DNA from: Albugo candida
Lineage: Eukaryota
Length of the DNA: 64,000 bases
Direction of reading: 5' to 3'
NCBI GenBank assembly: GCA_040437565.1
Contig: JBDOQK010000001.1
Span: 434,001-498,000, forward strand
This document shows positions 51,641 to 64,000 of the stretch, in pieces. The notes below the pieces were generated by a model, which worked only from the letters and a program-made list of their open reading frames with translations, searched no databases and was not told the origin of the DNA. Each line of letters begins with the position of its first letter. The stretch's first letter is position 1. The translations under genes and the position numbers were made by a program.

Positions 51641-51784
51641 TTACAAGCTGGACACAGTCCCGTATCAAGGGGTAGCGATTCTGACGTGCAAATTGATCGT
51701 CAAACTTACCCATTAAATGTATATGATTATAAATGTAATATTCATGTAGTAGTCCAGCAACTTGTTAATTGATGTCTGCAGTTT

Positions 51785-52168
51785 GCTGGTGATTGTGGTG
51801 CATGTTACGAATATAGGTGGGCTTGCTGGAGATTGTGGTGCATGCTACGGAGAAAGGTACGTGGTTTGTTTTCTGGTCATCCAGACGAAGTACTGACCAT
51901 TCCAGTTTAGGTTCGGCCAAGTCGCTCGAACGGACAGTTGCAAAATGGATCAATACGGATCAACACGGATCAACACGGATCAACAATCAGTTTCAACAAT
52001 CAGTTTCAACGTACCAACTCTCAACTCCAACTCGGATCAGCAATTAGTTTCAAATCAGGGCAATTATGTTGTTCATGCGGTGACGCAAAGGAGTATGCAT
52101 GCTATGTCTGACTTTATGACTTGCATGCATGCATGTTATGTCTGACTCTATGACTTGCATTCATGTGA
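51785..52168. repeat. Cluster of short tandem duplications
   Basis: ttgctgg(t/a)gattgtggtgcatg x2, ggatcaa(t/c)ac x3, tcaacaatcagtt x2, atgtctgact(t/c)tatgacttgcat x2. Confidence 0.7.
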
Positions 52169-52314
52169 NNNNNNNNNNNNNNNNNNNNNNNNNNNNNNNN
52201 NNNNNNNNNNNNNNNNNNNNNNNNNNNNNNNNNNNNNNNNNNNNNNNNNNNNNNNNNNNNNNNNNNNNTGACTTTTCAAGCCACATCTGCATGTATTATA
52301 TGTTATTTATCGTA

Positions 52315-52395
52315 GTCTTGAAACACGGACCAAGGAGTCTAACATGTGTGCAAGTATTTGGGTGTTGAAACCCCAGTGCGTAATGAAAGTAAAGG
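52315..52395 (+). rRNA. Isolated ~80-bp 28S (LSU) rRNA fragment, non-functional
   Basis: gtcttgaaacacggaccaaggagtctaacatgtgtgc...taatgaaagt, the conserved segment just after D2. Confidence 0.9.
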
Positions 52396-53344
52396 GTAAT
52401 GTAGATTGCCTTAGGCTGGTTAATTCACAAAACTCCTTGGGTTTGTTAATAAAAAATTTGCTACTTACGGCTGATGAACCACCAAACTACCGTACAGAAA
52501 ATTATATTACATGTTATTGGATTTTTGGAGACAATTCGACATTTATATCCAATTAATACCGTTATATGGTGCCCGTATACGTCGGTATACCATAGCACAT
52601 AATCAGAGCAGTTAATAAATAATACCGCGACTGGAAAGATACGACCGGATCTTGGAGTGCTTTTCCATTGTCACAGAGTACTTAATTCATCTGGTCACTG
52701 TTTTGCTGAGAAACGCAGCAAAAATTACATTGTGTCGAGTGAGAGATTCTGATTGGAGTAAGCGATGTTCGCATTACTTACACAGAACTGATTGCAGTAC
52801 TGCTGAGTAATGAGGCTGATGATCCAAGGTTACTGCTCCATGTCTGATCCTAGTTTTAGTCACTCATACACAGCACGTTCGTCATTCAGAAAAATGATTG
52901 AATTTAAAAGAAGACCCATTTATTAAAATAATACGGTTTTTATAATTATATTTTTTTTTTCATACTAATGCGAACTTTACACTTGTCCTGTAAAGTACGT
53001 CATTTGAAGTGTGACGTACTTTTATAACGACGAGACCTCTTTGTTTTCTAATCTAATAAGTGGCAGATCATTTTATGTGGGAGTAAAAAGCAACATGCAA
53101 CCGTTGAAGAGACAAGTGCACATCGACAATGTCTTCTAGACAGTTAGCACTTGGTACGCGACATGGTAAAATCAACTGTAGACGTACTAAGCCAAATTAT
53201 AGACTTATAAAAGTACTGCACGAAGGATGTGTACTATACGTACGAATATACACATGCCTGGGAAGAAGAAATTGGCTGGCTGACAGAGGTGAGGTGTAAG
53301 ATATGATAATATGTAATCTCGGTGATGGTCCTGTATTGCAGTAG

Positions 53345-53376
53345 ACGCATGTCTCTCATTGGGACCTGATATCAGG
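53345..53376 (+). rRNA. ITS2-28S junction fragment
   Basis: ctctcattgggacctgatatcagg resembles the oomycete junction ctcaattggacctgatatcagg (from recall). Confidence 0.7.
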
Positions 53377-53425
53377 AGATTTCAAGCTTGAGCTCTTCCC
53401 GCTTCACTCGCCGTTACTAGGGGAA
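53375..53425 (-). rRNA. Inverted fragment of the 28S 5' region
   Basis: Reverse complement reads ttcccctagtaacggcgagtgaagcgggaagagctcaagcttgaaatctcc. Confidence 0.9.
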
Positions 53426-53516
53426 GCCAGGCATGTGTATATTCGTACGTATAGTACACATCCTTGGTGCATTTTTTTTATTATTCAATGGTATTTTGCA
53501 TGAACGGGTCGGGTCA

Positions 53517-53708
53517 TCAACTTTTTAAGGATGGCATTTCCTCCAATCCAGCTGCATCATCATAATTTGTGCTCACCGTAGTGTGGCGCACACCAATTTG
53601 AAAACTCAATCGATTTATCGCACAAAAGTGCGATCCGCATGGGAAGGTGTCTCCAAAGAGGACGGTGACCTGTAAGCCAATAGCGATAGCTGATACGAAT
53701 TTGAACAT
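53517..53708 (-). CDS. Possible 63-aa small secreted protein (identical copy at 54295-54486 is a gap overlap)
   Basis: MFKFVSAIAIGLQVTVLFG-DTFPCGSHFC; short, could be a chance ORF. Confidence 0.25.
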   Translation of the reverse strand: MFKFVSAIAIGLQVTVLFGDTFPCGSHFCAINRLSFQIGVRHTTVSTNYDDAAGLEEMPSLKS

Positions 53709-55004
53709 CGACTCTTACACACTTAATAGGTTGTGGGGTTTGATAATGAAGTTGAGAAAAATCTTGCAGACGACAGAATTCAGTGCTATATATTATTTAT
53801 TTACATATCCAGCGTCATGCTTCTCTATCTAGCCAGTATTATCCTCATATGTTGTTGGAAATGTAAAAACATTTATGTATCTTGCAAAAAGAAAAAGCTG
53901 TGAGAGTAATAATATATTTCGGATTGGCCTACTTGATTGCAGGGATCTTTGTGTCACGGAAAAAAAGGTGACGTTGAAAAGCTGGCAATTGTGTCCATTT
54001 AACCTATCTTTGTATTGGCTGTATCAGGTAGTTTTCAGAAAGTAACGATAGAACGATCTTGCACCGACTAGCTTAGCTTCGGAAGTCGCTTTTCTTCTTT
54101 GATTTTGCGCGCTGAGCGAATAAAAAAAGTTTNNNNNNNNNNNNNNNNNNNNNNNNNNNNNNNNNNNNNNNNNNNNNNNNNNNNNNNNNNNNNNNNNNNN
54201 NNNNNNNNNNNNNNNNNNNNNNNNNNNNNNNNTACACATCCTTGGTGCATTTTTTTTATTATTCAATGGTATTTTGCATGAACGGGTCGGGTCATCAACT
54301 TTTTAAGGATGGCATTTCCTCCAATCCAGCTGCATCATCATAATTTGTGCTCACCGTAGTGTGGCGCACACCAATTTGAAAACTCAATCGATTTATCGCA
54401 CAAAAGTGCGATCCGCATGGGAAGGTGTCTCCAAAGAGGACGGTGACCTGTAAGCCAATAGCGATAGCTGATACGAATTTGAACATCGACTCTTACACAC
54501 TTAATAGGTTGTGGGGTTTGATAATGAAGTTGAGAAAAATCTTGCAGACGACAGAATTCAGTGCTATATATTATTTATTTACATATCCAGCGTCATGCTT
54601 CTCTATCTAGCCAGTATTATCCTCATATGTTGTTGGAAATGTAAAAACATTTATGTATCTTGCAAAAAGAAAAAGCTGTGAGAGTAATAATATATTTCGG
54701 ATTGGCCTACTTGATTGCAGGGATCTTTGTGTCACGGAAAAAAAGGTGACGTTGAAAAGCTGGCAATTGTGTCCATTTAACCTATCTTTGTATTGGCTGT
54801 ATCAGGTAGTTTTCAGAAAGTAACGATAGAACGATCTTGCACCGACTAGCTTAGCTTCGGAAGTCGCTTTTCTTCTTTGATTTTGCGCGCTGAGCGAATA
54901 AAAAAAGTTTTTTGTACACGTTTAAAAAAAATGGTACCTAGTCCTCACATTTTTGTTCTGATTTACCAAGGTAAACGTGACAGTGTGCTGGGACCTGTAT
55001 TTCT

Positions 55005-58000
55005 TCAATTCATCCTTGCATTCGTTGTATGTGCACCCGAATGAGCGATGACACATAAACGTTTCTGTAGATCCACAACATGATCTGGTATCCATGTACG
55101 TCCCTGTGGATCAACCCAAAATAACTTGACCTCATCCTTGGTGTAGTTTGTGGGTGCTTGCTCCATAAATGCCTTGTCTTGGATAGCCCTGGTCTTCTCC
55201 AATGAAGGCCATTCCAAATACGTTTACTCCAGAGGCGACAAATTATTGACAACTGATAAAGCACCGCACTTACCTGACGCGCGCTCTTTGTGATAAGTAG
55301 ATCGACGTCACCGTGATAACAAATCACCGCAGCTATTTCCGCTTTCGGCCACGTGATCTAGAGTATAGAGAAACATATGTAACACCATCGATCATCGTTG
55401 GAATTTGTCGGCTCTGTATCGAACTATCGCATTACCAACACTCATCTGGTCAAATATGAACTGCAGATTTCGATAGCGGTAAACATATGGAATCCTTTTT
55501 ATTGCAGCAACAGGTATTCCATCGGCTTGCATGTCTCCATTATAGCAAACGCTTCTTTCTCAACCTTCGCCAATTTCAACATAGATCCTTTGAACAACCG
55601 GCTTATGAAAGCGAGCGGGAAATGATCTTGTCCCCATCTGGGTTTTGATAATTCTCTTTCTGCTATTTGAGTAATGATAGACCCCCGATATTCTTGAGAT
55701 GCAGCGGTATACAGGCACACGTACCAGGCATCTTTTGGATGCGCCATAGGCAGCATTTCAAAAAACACTCCCTTAATCTTCTGTGAACATGCATATCAAT
55801 TCGCACTCCATCCATGGCTCCTAGCAACACGATCATGAGGTTCTCTTTCCTTCTGCTTCCTGCAGACTTTGCTGCATTTTCTAGAACGCTCTGCAAATCT
55901 TTTACAAGTGTCGTGTAATTTGGAATGCTGTTTCGCAGTCAGTTTCCTCGATTTTCCGTAGACAAGCCATTCGGTGCCACCACAGTAAAATAACCTTGGC
56001 TATTCGGATGTAACGGTAGTTGCCTGTAGAATCGAAAACAGTCCAAAGAAAAATCGCATCTTGAACCGTCCAAAATTTGCCAGAACTACCTCGAGGTGCT
56101 GCAGGGACCATGCCAGCGAAACCGTCAATTCATTTATTGCCCTTAGGTCCACCGTCATACGGTAAGATCCGACTTCCTTCTTTGCTACAATACGCGGGGC
56201 ACTTCCCCATCGAGATTTCAGATTACTATATATCAAATCGTGCTCCATAAGATTTGCGAGATGTTTATCCATTTAGTCTTCATGAAGTGGTGGGTATCGC
56301 CTGAATTTTACCATGAACGGTATGGATCCTTCCTTCAAAATGACTTGCAATCGTGCAACATTGACAGAAGGGTCTTCAGCAAATTCCACTCGGAATATAT
56401 CTCCATATTTGATAAAAAGGTTCTTTAGCTGGCCGACTAACACCACTGAGGCTCCTGCTTCCTGCGCTTCGGTCACCTTTCCCTCCAATACGGTATCAAT
56501 AGCTAATTTCTGAGTTTCGGTACACGTCACTTCCGGGGCGAAAAGACACCGTTCTGCATGGTAAACAGTATGATCTAGGTCTAAATATAGCCTTTCCTCG
56601 CAGCTTCGCAAAGACTTACTGATGGGAGTCCGTACTTCTTGCTTTTAATCACCGGACGCATTCCAGATTGTTTGCTTCTCTCTTGCTCCTTGCAACATCG
56701 CCTCCATCGAATACTCCATCATCTACATCAAATTTCTATCCATGAGAAACGAGAGTGATACATCTTCTTCATTTACCATGATTTCCATATTCCGCCATAC
56801 GAGCGGCCCTCCATATATAGTGAGTTCCATACAAGCCAAAAGCACACTTGGTTTAACCAATAGTAGCGTCTTTCCAGCGGTGGCTATCTTGAACGGCACT
56901 TTTACTACCATTATCGGCATATATTTCTATGACACGTCAGAAATCATACCAAAAGTATTATCCAAATTCAAGCTTTGCTGGTGACTCAAAAAGTTTATTC
57001 ACGTGTTTTTTGAGTACGTACTTTTCTTCGATGATCATCAAGAAATTCATCCTCAATAATACAGCATATGTTTCTATTGAGGATTCTTGATTGCCTACCG
57101 TCGAAAGGCCGCTGTTTGTCACATATTCCTCACTCTACCGGCCTCCCAATGCAATCACATACTCCTTAACATGGATTGCTCTTTCTGCAACCTGCCCTCC
57201 ATATTGCCTTGACATGAAATCCAGAAGCGCTTATTCAGAATACTGAAGCNNNNNNNNNNNNNNNNNNNNNNNNNNNNNNNNNNNNNNNNNNNNNNNNNNN
57301 NNNNNNNNNNNNNNNNNNNNNNNNNNNNNNNNNNNNNNNNNNNNNNNNNTTCCATATTCCGCCATACGAGCGGCCCTCCATATATAGTGAGTTCCATACA
57401 AGCCAAAAGCACACTTGGTTTAACCAATAGTAGCGTCTTTCCAGCGGTGGCTATCTTGAACGGCACTTTTACTACCATTATCGGCATATATTTCTATGAC
57501 ACGTCAGAAATCATACCAAAAGTATTATCCAAATTCAAGCTTTGCTGGTGACTCAAAAAGTTTATTCACGTGTTTTTTGAGTACGTACTTTTCTTCGATG
57601 ATCATCAAGAAATTCATCCTCAATAATACAGCATATGTTTCTATTGAGGATTCTTGATTGCCTACCGTCGAAAGGCCGCTGTTTGTCACATATTCCTCAC
57701 TCTACCGGCCTCCCAATGCAATCACATACTCCTTAACATGGATTGCTCTTTCTGCAACCTGCCCTCCATATTGCCTTGACATGAAATCCAGAAGCGCTTA
57801 TTCAGAATACTGAAGCCTTTCTTTTCATGACTCAACCGAATTGCATGATTTGTTCAGCAGCTTTTTCAGATGGCTCAAAATGCTTCCCCTCCACAACGAA
57901 AAAACCCTCAATGCGCGGGCTTGACGCAGCCTTTTCATTTGCGACTTTGCTGGAAGTTACAGTATTGCCTTTTAAACATGGTTGGAGATATAATCAGCAA

Positions 58001-58030
58001 GCAGAACGTTTTCCGTTGAATTCCTGTGTA
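55005..58030 (-). mobile_element. Ty3/Gypsy remnant (gag, protease, RT, RNase H, start of integrase)
   Basis: GPLVWRN, RRYPPLH, WGSAPRIVAK, YRMTVDLRAIN, PLAFIS..VEKEAFAI, LQKRLCVIAHSG. Confidence 0.9.
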
Positions 58031-58129
58031 TAATTTAGATGCTAAGAGGATTGCTATACTTTGCCTATTGCAAGTGTGATCAATCGTTAACGAGTAATTG
58101 ACGGTTTGATTAAGATTAACCGATCACAA

Positions 58130-60400
58130 CTCTTCCCACTACAAACAACCCACTTAACCTTTCATAAGCTCTATGAGGACCGCAAACGGACGCAGTCTCT
58201 TGCAGACGCTGATGGTTCATGTAACGTTTACGTATCTGTCTGTAACCGATCACGTCTATAAAGTATTGGATTATGAATTGGTCTAAAATCTTCCTAGATA
58301 TCGCTGCAAAGCTACTGTGCAACGCCCCGATCAAAGCGATTAATATAGCAGAGCATTCTCGTGCTCAAAAACCTCTCTGTTCTTTCTTACCAGAAGCAAT
58401 GACCCTGTCGGCCTATATCTTTATCGATCTCGCCGACAAGCCGTGCTGCCGATTGTCCAAAAAACGTTTAAGGAGACCGACAGACTTCATTTCACCTATA
58501 CACGGAGAGGACTACCATATCACCATACATCTCACGGCGCGAAACAGGTCAACGATTTTTATACGAGATGACGATGGGCGTGTCATTGGTAACTACAGGG
58601 AAAATGCCCAGGTCATCCCATATTTCTGTCAGCCAAGCTTTATCAGCCTCGTCTTATCGTCTTAGTCACGTCTCTGTCGGAAGATAGCATGACATCACTC
58701 AACACTCTCAACGAAATCACACAAGCATTTCGGTCTCAGATTAACAACCGCGCATCGGGTACAGACAACGACACAGATGAGCTACTGATATGTAGTCATC
58801 CAGTGATTGCTGCCACCATCGTCGAAGCTATCAATCGTCATACCCAGGACACCATATCTCCCATAGAATCCAACGGGAAGCTGTGTCAACCTTTGACCTA
58901 GCACCCTTCTTAGTACCACTCGCAAAACCATACTCACGATCTTTATAAATCGCACCCTCGTAAAGTGGATTCGTGGCACTCTCCTAGCCAAAGTGGTTTT
59001 CGAGTCGCCCGTAGTGCAGCTGATCCGGTCTGGAATCACCGATGGAACATTGCCCAAACGCGTAGCTTTTAGACAAATATGTACATTCTACGTATTGACT
59101 CCACAAGTCTTTTGGCACCATACATTGACATAGATTGCTGCTCATCATTGACTCGATCTTAGATTCAAACGATGTCGGCTAATAAAAGCATTTATACAGC
59201 GCCTCTCCCCTTTAACTCCGCCATGGTATTTATGCTGCTCAACATTCGCAACTAGTCATGGTACACCTCAAGGAGATACACTCTCCCCACTTTTCTTCGT
59301 GCTTTATTTGGAAGCGGAGACAAGAGATCTACGCCACCGGCTCCGCGTTTCAATGCGCGCGCTACCCACCATTGAATTCGCCGATGATAGGAATTTCATT
59401 CAGTATCAGACTACTCGTCTTGAGCAAATTCTTCTTGCTGCCGATCACATTTCTGGTCATGGTAATTGACCATCATTGTTAGCAAACCTGATCGATCGAG
59501 TTTTGCTCGTGCACTAAGCGCTACTGACGAATGTTGGCGTTCGGTTCGTACGCTGGTATCAGAACTGGCGCCTTCGAAGACGTATAGCATCTAATATCTC
59601 AAGCAATAGCAGCCTTCAAAAGGTTTGAAAACTTTGGCTCCGTCCTCACCTTCTTCCAAAAACATTACGCGTTCGCTAATACAATTCCATTGTGCTAGTT
59701 ATTTGTTGTACAACTGTGGACCATAGCCTCTCGCAGACCGTGACGTTGGTAGTCTTGAAGTGAATCATCGCCAATAGCTTCGCAGGGTCCTCGATATTCT
59801 CTATTTCCTGAAACGCGGATTTGACCCAGCGCTATACCGCAAGACCACTTCGAATTCACCTAACAAAGTCTCGATGAAAGCTCTTTGGTCATATCCTTCG
59901 TCGCGCACAGCCCATTTCAGCTCAGTTGAACTTGCTACGATAGAATGATTCTGCTGAAAAAATACTCGCCGAATCCCTTCTTTNNNNNNNNNNNNNNNNN
60001 NNNNNNNNNNNNNNNNNNNNNNNNNNNNNNNNNNNNNNNNNNNNNNNNNNNNNNNNNNNNNNNNNNNNNNNNNNNNNNNNNNNTATTTGTTGTACAACTG
60101 TGGACCATAGCCTCTCGCAGACCGTGACGTTGGTAGTCTTGAAGTGAATCATCGCCAATAGCTTCGCAGGGTCCTCGATATTCTCTATTTCCTGAAACGC
60201 GGATTTGACCCAGCGCTATACCGCAAGACCACTTCGAATTCACCTAACAAAGTCTCGATGAAAGCTCTTTGGTCATATCCTTCGTCGCGCACAGCCCATT
60301 TCAGCTCAGTTGAACTTGCTACGATAGAATGATTCTGCTGAAAAAATACTCGCCGAATCCCTTCTTTCGCTTTTTACGGATCATCGGGTCGTACCCCCAC
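58130..60400 (+). mobile_element. Non-LTR retrotransposon (LINE, RTE-like) reverse transcriptase remnant
   Basis: NNRASGTD..ELL, LLSTTRK, SQSGFRVARSAAD, GTPQGDTLSPLFF, IEFADD, LLYNCG, LFGHILRR. Confidence 0.9.
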
Positions 60401-60849
60401 CAACATCCCGATCATTCTCGACAAGGTCCTACGGCTCGACATAAACGTTAATCTCCGAAGCAAATACATCATATCTATACGTCTTGTCAAACATCGCACA
60501 GGACCGCACCAGATATAAAGTAGTTCCCTCACGTCTCTGCACTATCCAGATTTTTTTATAGGAGTAAAGAAACAGCCAGGGTGAGAGAAATCGAGAGTCC
60601 TATAGGAAGTATTTGATGCCGCCGCAAAACGCTCATTAAAGTATTAATATGGGTGCACGGGAACCTTTCTAGTTTTACATAAGGAGAGAGTCTAATCAGA
60701 GTAGACGTACTTGACTTCGGAACAAGAATCAGCCAAGCGATCGACGAAGTTGTCGTCTGGATTGCTTTGTAGGAGAACTGTGGAAGATTTATGGAAGTCA
60801 AATCAGACGAATACAGAACAAACTTAGCTTGTGATAAAATTACTGTCGT

Positions 60850-61450
60850 TGCAGAAGCTTGGTAAATAAGAACACTGATCAGTTAAAGACATGAGTGCCA
60901 TCCAGGGGATGTATGAGAAGCTGGATAGAATAGCATCCGACTCTGAGGGATCCAAAACATTCCGAAAGTTCCGCCGATTAAAACCAGTTAGACCATCTAA
61001 TGCTGAAATAACGGATCAAAAACATTGCAAAGGATTACGGAGGATGGCGAAGGATTACGAGATGACAGACGTATCAGAGGATGATCGTATATCTACTAAT
61101 GCACCCCATTTTCCAAAGCACCAGATTTATATGGGGATACAGCTAATAACGAAAGAGGTTTCGTGAAACGTTAGCAACCTTATCACAACACGCTGCTTGC
61201 GTTGACCGGATAAACGAAGTATCTAGATACGAGACGATGCCAATACATTACAAAAACGACCTTGGATGGTACCGCAAGCTGGACCAGCTGGTCATCGAAT
61301 ACTTGCTCGTACTGAAAGATGGTATGGGTGGTTTTTGTAAATTTGTATCAACAACAGCGTCAAATACGGAGGTTACTGATCAAGCGTTGATGAATTGGTT
61401 CAAGCGATATGGTGTCGTCTTCTTATGGGTTTCAGTGATGCAGTGATGGA
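60850..61450 (+). mobile_element. Internally deleted Gypsy remnant (gag + integrase pieces)
   Basis: YLLVLKDGMGGFC...ALMNWFKRYGV...WVS integrase core. Confidence 0.7.
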
Positions 61451-61485
61451 GAGACCTAAAAAAAATAATAGGCTGAACATCATTT

Positions 61486-64000
61486 TGTTACGGCTTATTG
61501 TCCGTATCTCGTCCACTCCTGAACCAGTATCCTCTGCCTCAACCACCAACGATTTCGAGGTTGTTTGACTCCGGTAAGTGCAAATAAAAAAGCATTTTTT
61601 TTCAGATTCATTCAGTACCGGTATATGGAAAAATATAAAAGATTCCCATGACCTAACCTTGGGATGGATACCGAAGCCATCATTTCTCTCTCCTTCTTGT
61701 CCTTCATTGTGAACGAAAGAGACCAAAGCTTCCGCCCAAGGTTCGGATGCCACCCATCGTTTAAATAACAGCGGGACCTCTTCCGGAAGAATGCTTGCAG
61801 GTTCCCAGCTATTTTCAGCAACATCCAAACCGATCCATTCAACTAAAACATCCCAATGATGTTTATCTGGATTGATACGGCATTCCAAAAACTTTTGCAC
61901 CAAATGTTTACCATTTGCATACACTACGTAGTCTTGCAAATCTTCCAAATCTCGCTCGCTGTAAACTTACAATCTCGTGACAGGCTAGGTACAATTAGCA
62001 AACGGTACAACCAACTCTTGGATGTCGTAAGTCCACCCGTTTAGTATTTTCACTACCCAATAAGGTCCCTTCCAATGTACCATGAGCTGGATTTTTCGTC
62101 GTATAACATTTCCAGATAGAACAAAATCCCCAATTTCAAAATTCACGAGGGACATGCCGTGCTTTTTGTTGTGTCTACGTCTCGCAGAGTCGTTTCTATT
62201 CTGTGCCACGTCAAACACTCGTTGATGTATGACGTCCAGCGTAGCTTGAACGTCTCAATGTGCTTCAGCTGCGTGTCACTAAACCCTGTTCCGTACACGA
62301 GAAAAACGGCGTATCGCTGGCTGGTACAGTACACTGATCGGATCCTTTCGCGGCAATCTAGTGAAAGCTGTTACTGAGGCAATTACACCAGGTCGACTGG
62401 ATCGAAGCTGATTTAACGTTCACTGACACATGGAAGTAAATTTGGCCAATATCCGATCCGCTGTTTGCGCTTGCTCAGCAGAGACCGCATGACTTTGAGC
62501 ATTTGACGATTGTTTACCTCCACCGTTCCATTTGCCCACGGGCAAAACGCCGTGACGAAATGGTGTTTAGCACCCAATAGTTTTTTAATTGCTCCATGAC
62601 TTCGTTTATGCAATGGTATCCTTGATCCGATACCCTTCATAATGCCACACCATACAATTGATCCGAGACTACCTCCAAATGCGGCTTTGGCTAGGCCATA
62701 GGCACATATACTGCACTGATAGCACGTAACTCCACTGTTATGCGATACTCATCGTTCGTTTTATGCTTCTTCAAATAATCCTTGTGCAAAGGTGGATACC
62801 ATCTAGGGTTGATCCTTCTATTAGCCGTACTTTAAGAGGAGCGACTGACCTGATAGTTCCTCTGTCATTTCACCCGGAGCACATCTTGCAATTAAATAAA
62901 CAGCTCCTTTAGACATTCTATCGACTCTGAATTTGCGCCTACTTTTTCTGCACCCCTTCCAATGTGGTTTGAATGATTTCCTTTCGGCTGCTTACTTTTC
63001 CCATTTCTCGAGTATATAAGTTGCCTCTTTTTAATCGCTGATACTATCCATGTCCTCATAAATCTTTTCTTCACAGCCGTGCAGAAACTTACACACAAGC
63101 GATTGGAGCGTCATGGCTTCTGCGCATTCCATATCATCTTTTTTATTCGTCGCTCCTTCCATGAGGGCTGCAACCGAGCACCCCATTTTCTCCATCAGTT
63201 CTCGGTCTAAAATCAGGGATAATGATTTATCCTATTCATTTACCAACGCTTCAAGATTTCTCCAGATAAATGGTCCACCTCTAGTTATGAACTCGACGCA
63301 GTTAAGTAGTTCCTTTCTTTTCACCCACAGCGGAGTAGTACCCACGTTACTTATCTTTAGGGGCGGTTTCAGCTCCTCCATGCGCAGAAACGTTTTCGGG
63401 GACAGAATATTTACCAATCCACTGATATGAGACGGCAATGAGCCTAAATCCAATAGAGTTTTGATGTTTTCTACTCCATCCGCTGTGGCCCTGACCTTCC
63501 AGCTGTTTCTACACTTCGACACTTTCTTCAGTCGTATGTTATTCTTCACTTTGTTTTCCACGGGCAATCGCCGTTGAGGCAACAGAAATTCCGCTTCAAC
63601 CGGTGCACACCACGGACAATTTCGAACAGGTGCTGCGTGCGTACTATCACACTTTAAACATTTAAATCTTTGTGACCTTCTTGTACCAAAATCTAAAGCT
63701 CTGTCGCTCTTGACTTGAGAAAAACTTCTTCGTTGCATTAATATTTCGGTTTGTCTCTTTGCTATCCTCCCTTTGATGGGTAATTCTTCATTTCGCTTCC
63801 GGCTCCCACTTTATGAAATTTGTCAGTAGGTCTTGAAACGATTTGCAGAACACCATAGGTTTTCTCGAGGTCCATTCTCATTCTTTACAAGGTTGCATTA
63901 GAACTCCGGTGGTCCCAATGCATCAAACATTCACTTGACGATTCTTTTCATATATACTTTCTCCAGGTACTCTAGTAAACCGTGCTGGTCCAGTATTCTG
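61486..64000 (-). mobile_element. Chromodomain-bearing Ty3/Gypsy remnant with 3' LTR 61486-61682; runs off the window
   Basis: CLKCDSTH..RNCP knuckle, TLLDLG protease, PWANGTVEV integrase, WKGPY, VEWIGLD...SWEP chromodomain, PPT ggagagagaaa. Confidence 0.92.

Larger units (their letters stand above)
53217..53471. repeat. 45-bp inverted repeat (53217-53261 / 53427-53471, 1 mismatch) around a 165-bp spacer containing rDNA pieces
   Basis: tgcac(g/c)aaggatgtgtactatacgtacgaatatacacatgcctgg and its reverse complement. Confidence 0.95.
753..60083. other. 19 assembly gaps of exactly 100 N (true size unknown), many with exact flanking duplicates
   Basis: Gaps start at 753, 4014, 7408, 8663, 12269, 16923, 23551, 30793, 32707, 36253, 39368, 46429, 48535, 49921, 50667, 52169, 54133, 57250, 59984. 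Confidence 0.95.

Overview
This is eukaryotic draft-assembly DNA, most likely from an oomycete. The evidence is an ITS2-28S junction of oomycete type plus oomycete-style Copia and chromodomain-Gypsy motifs; the genus cannot be established here. There are 19 placeholder gaps of 100 N, many flanked by exact overlap duplicates. I found no intact housekeeping gene. Roughly two thirds of the window is decayed, often nested transposons: several Mutator/MULE families with GGGA...TCCC TIRs and 8-9 bp TSDs, a Tc3-like DD34E element, a long-spacer IS630/Tc1-type transposase, three LTR-bounded Copia elements plus remnants, three Gypsy remnants and one LINE. With the TEs removed, the ground sequence from about 10.6 to 51.7 kb is a compact array of roughly 15 apparently intronless pseudogenes. 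Many start with signal-peptide-like hydrophobic N-termini, are Cys-rich and lie head-to-head. They include three paralogous families, a Cys-rich type-I membrane protein and a gene built from at least 8 tandem ~75-aa CxxC...CxxC repeats. Near 52-53.5 kb there are small rDNA fragments, one enclosed in a 45-bp inverted repeat. All pseudogene boundaries and translations were read by eye and are approximate.
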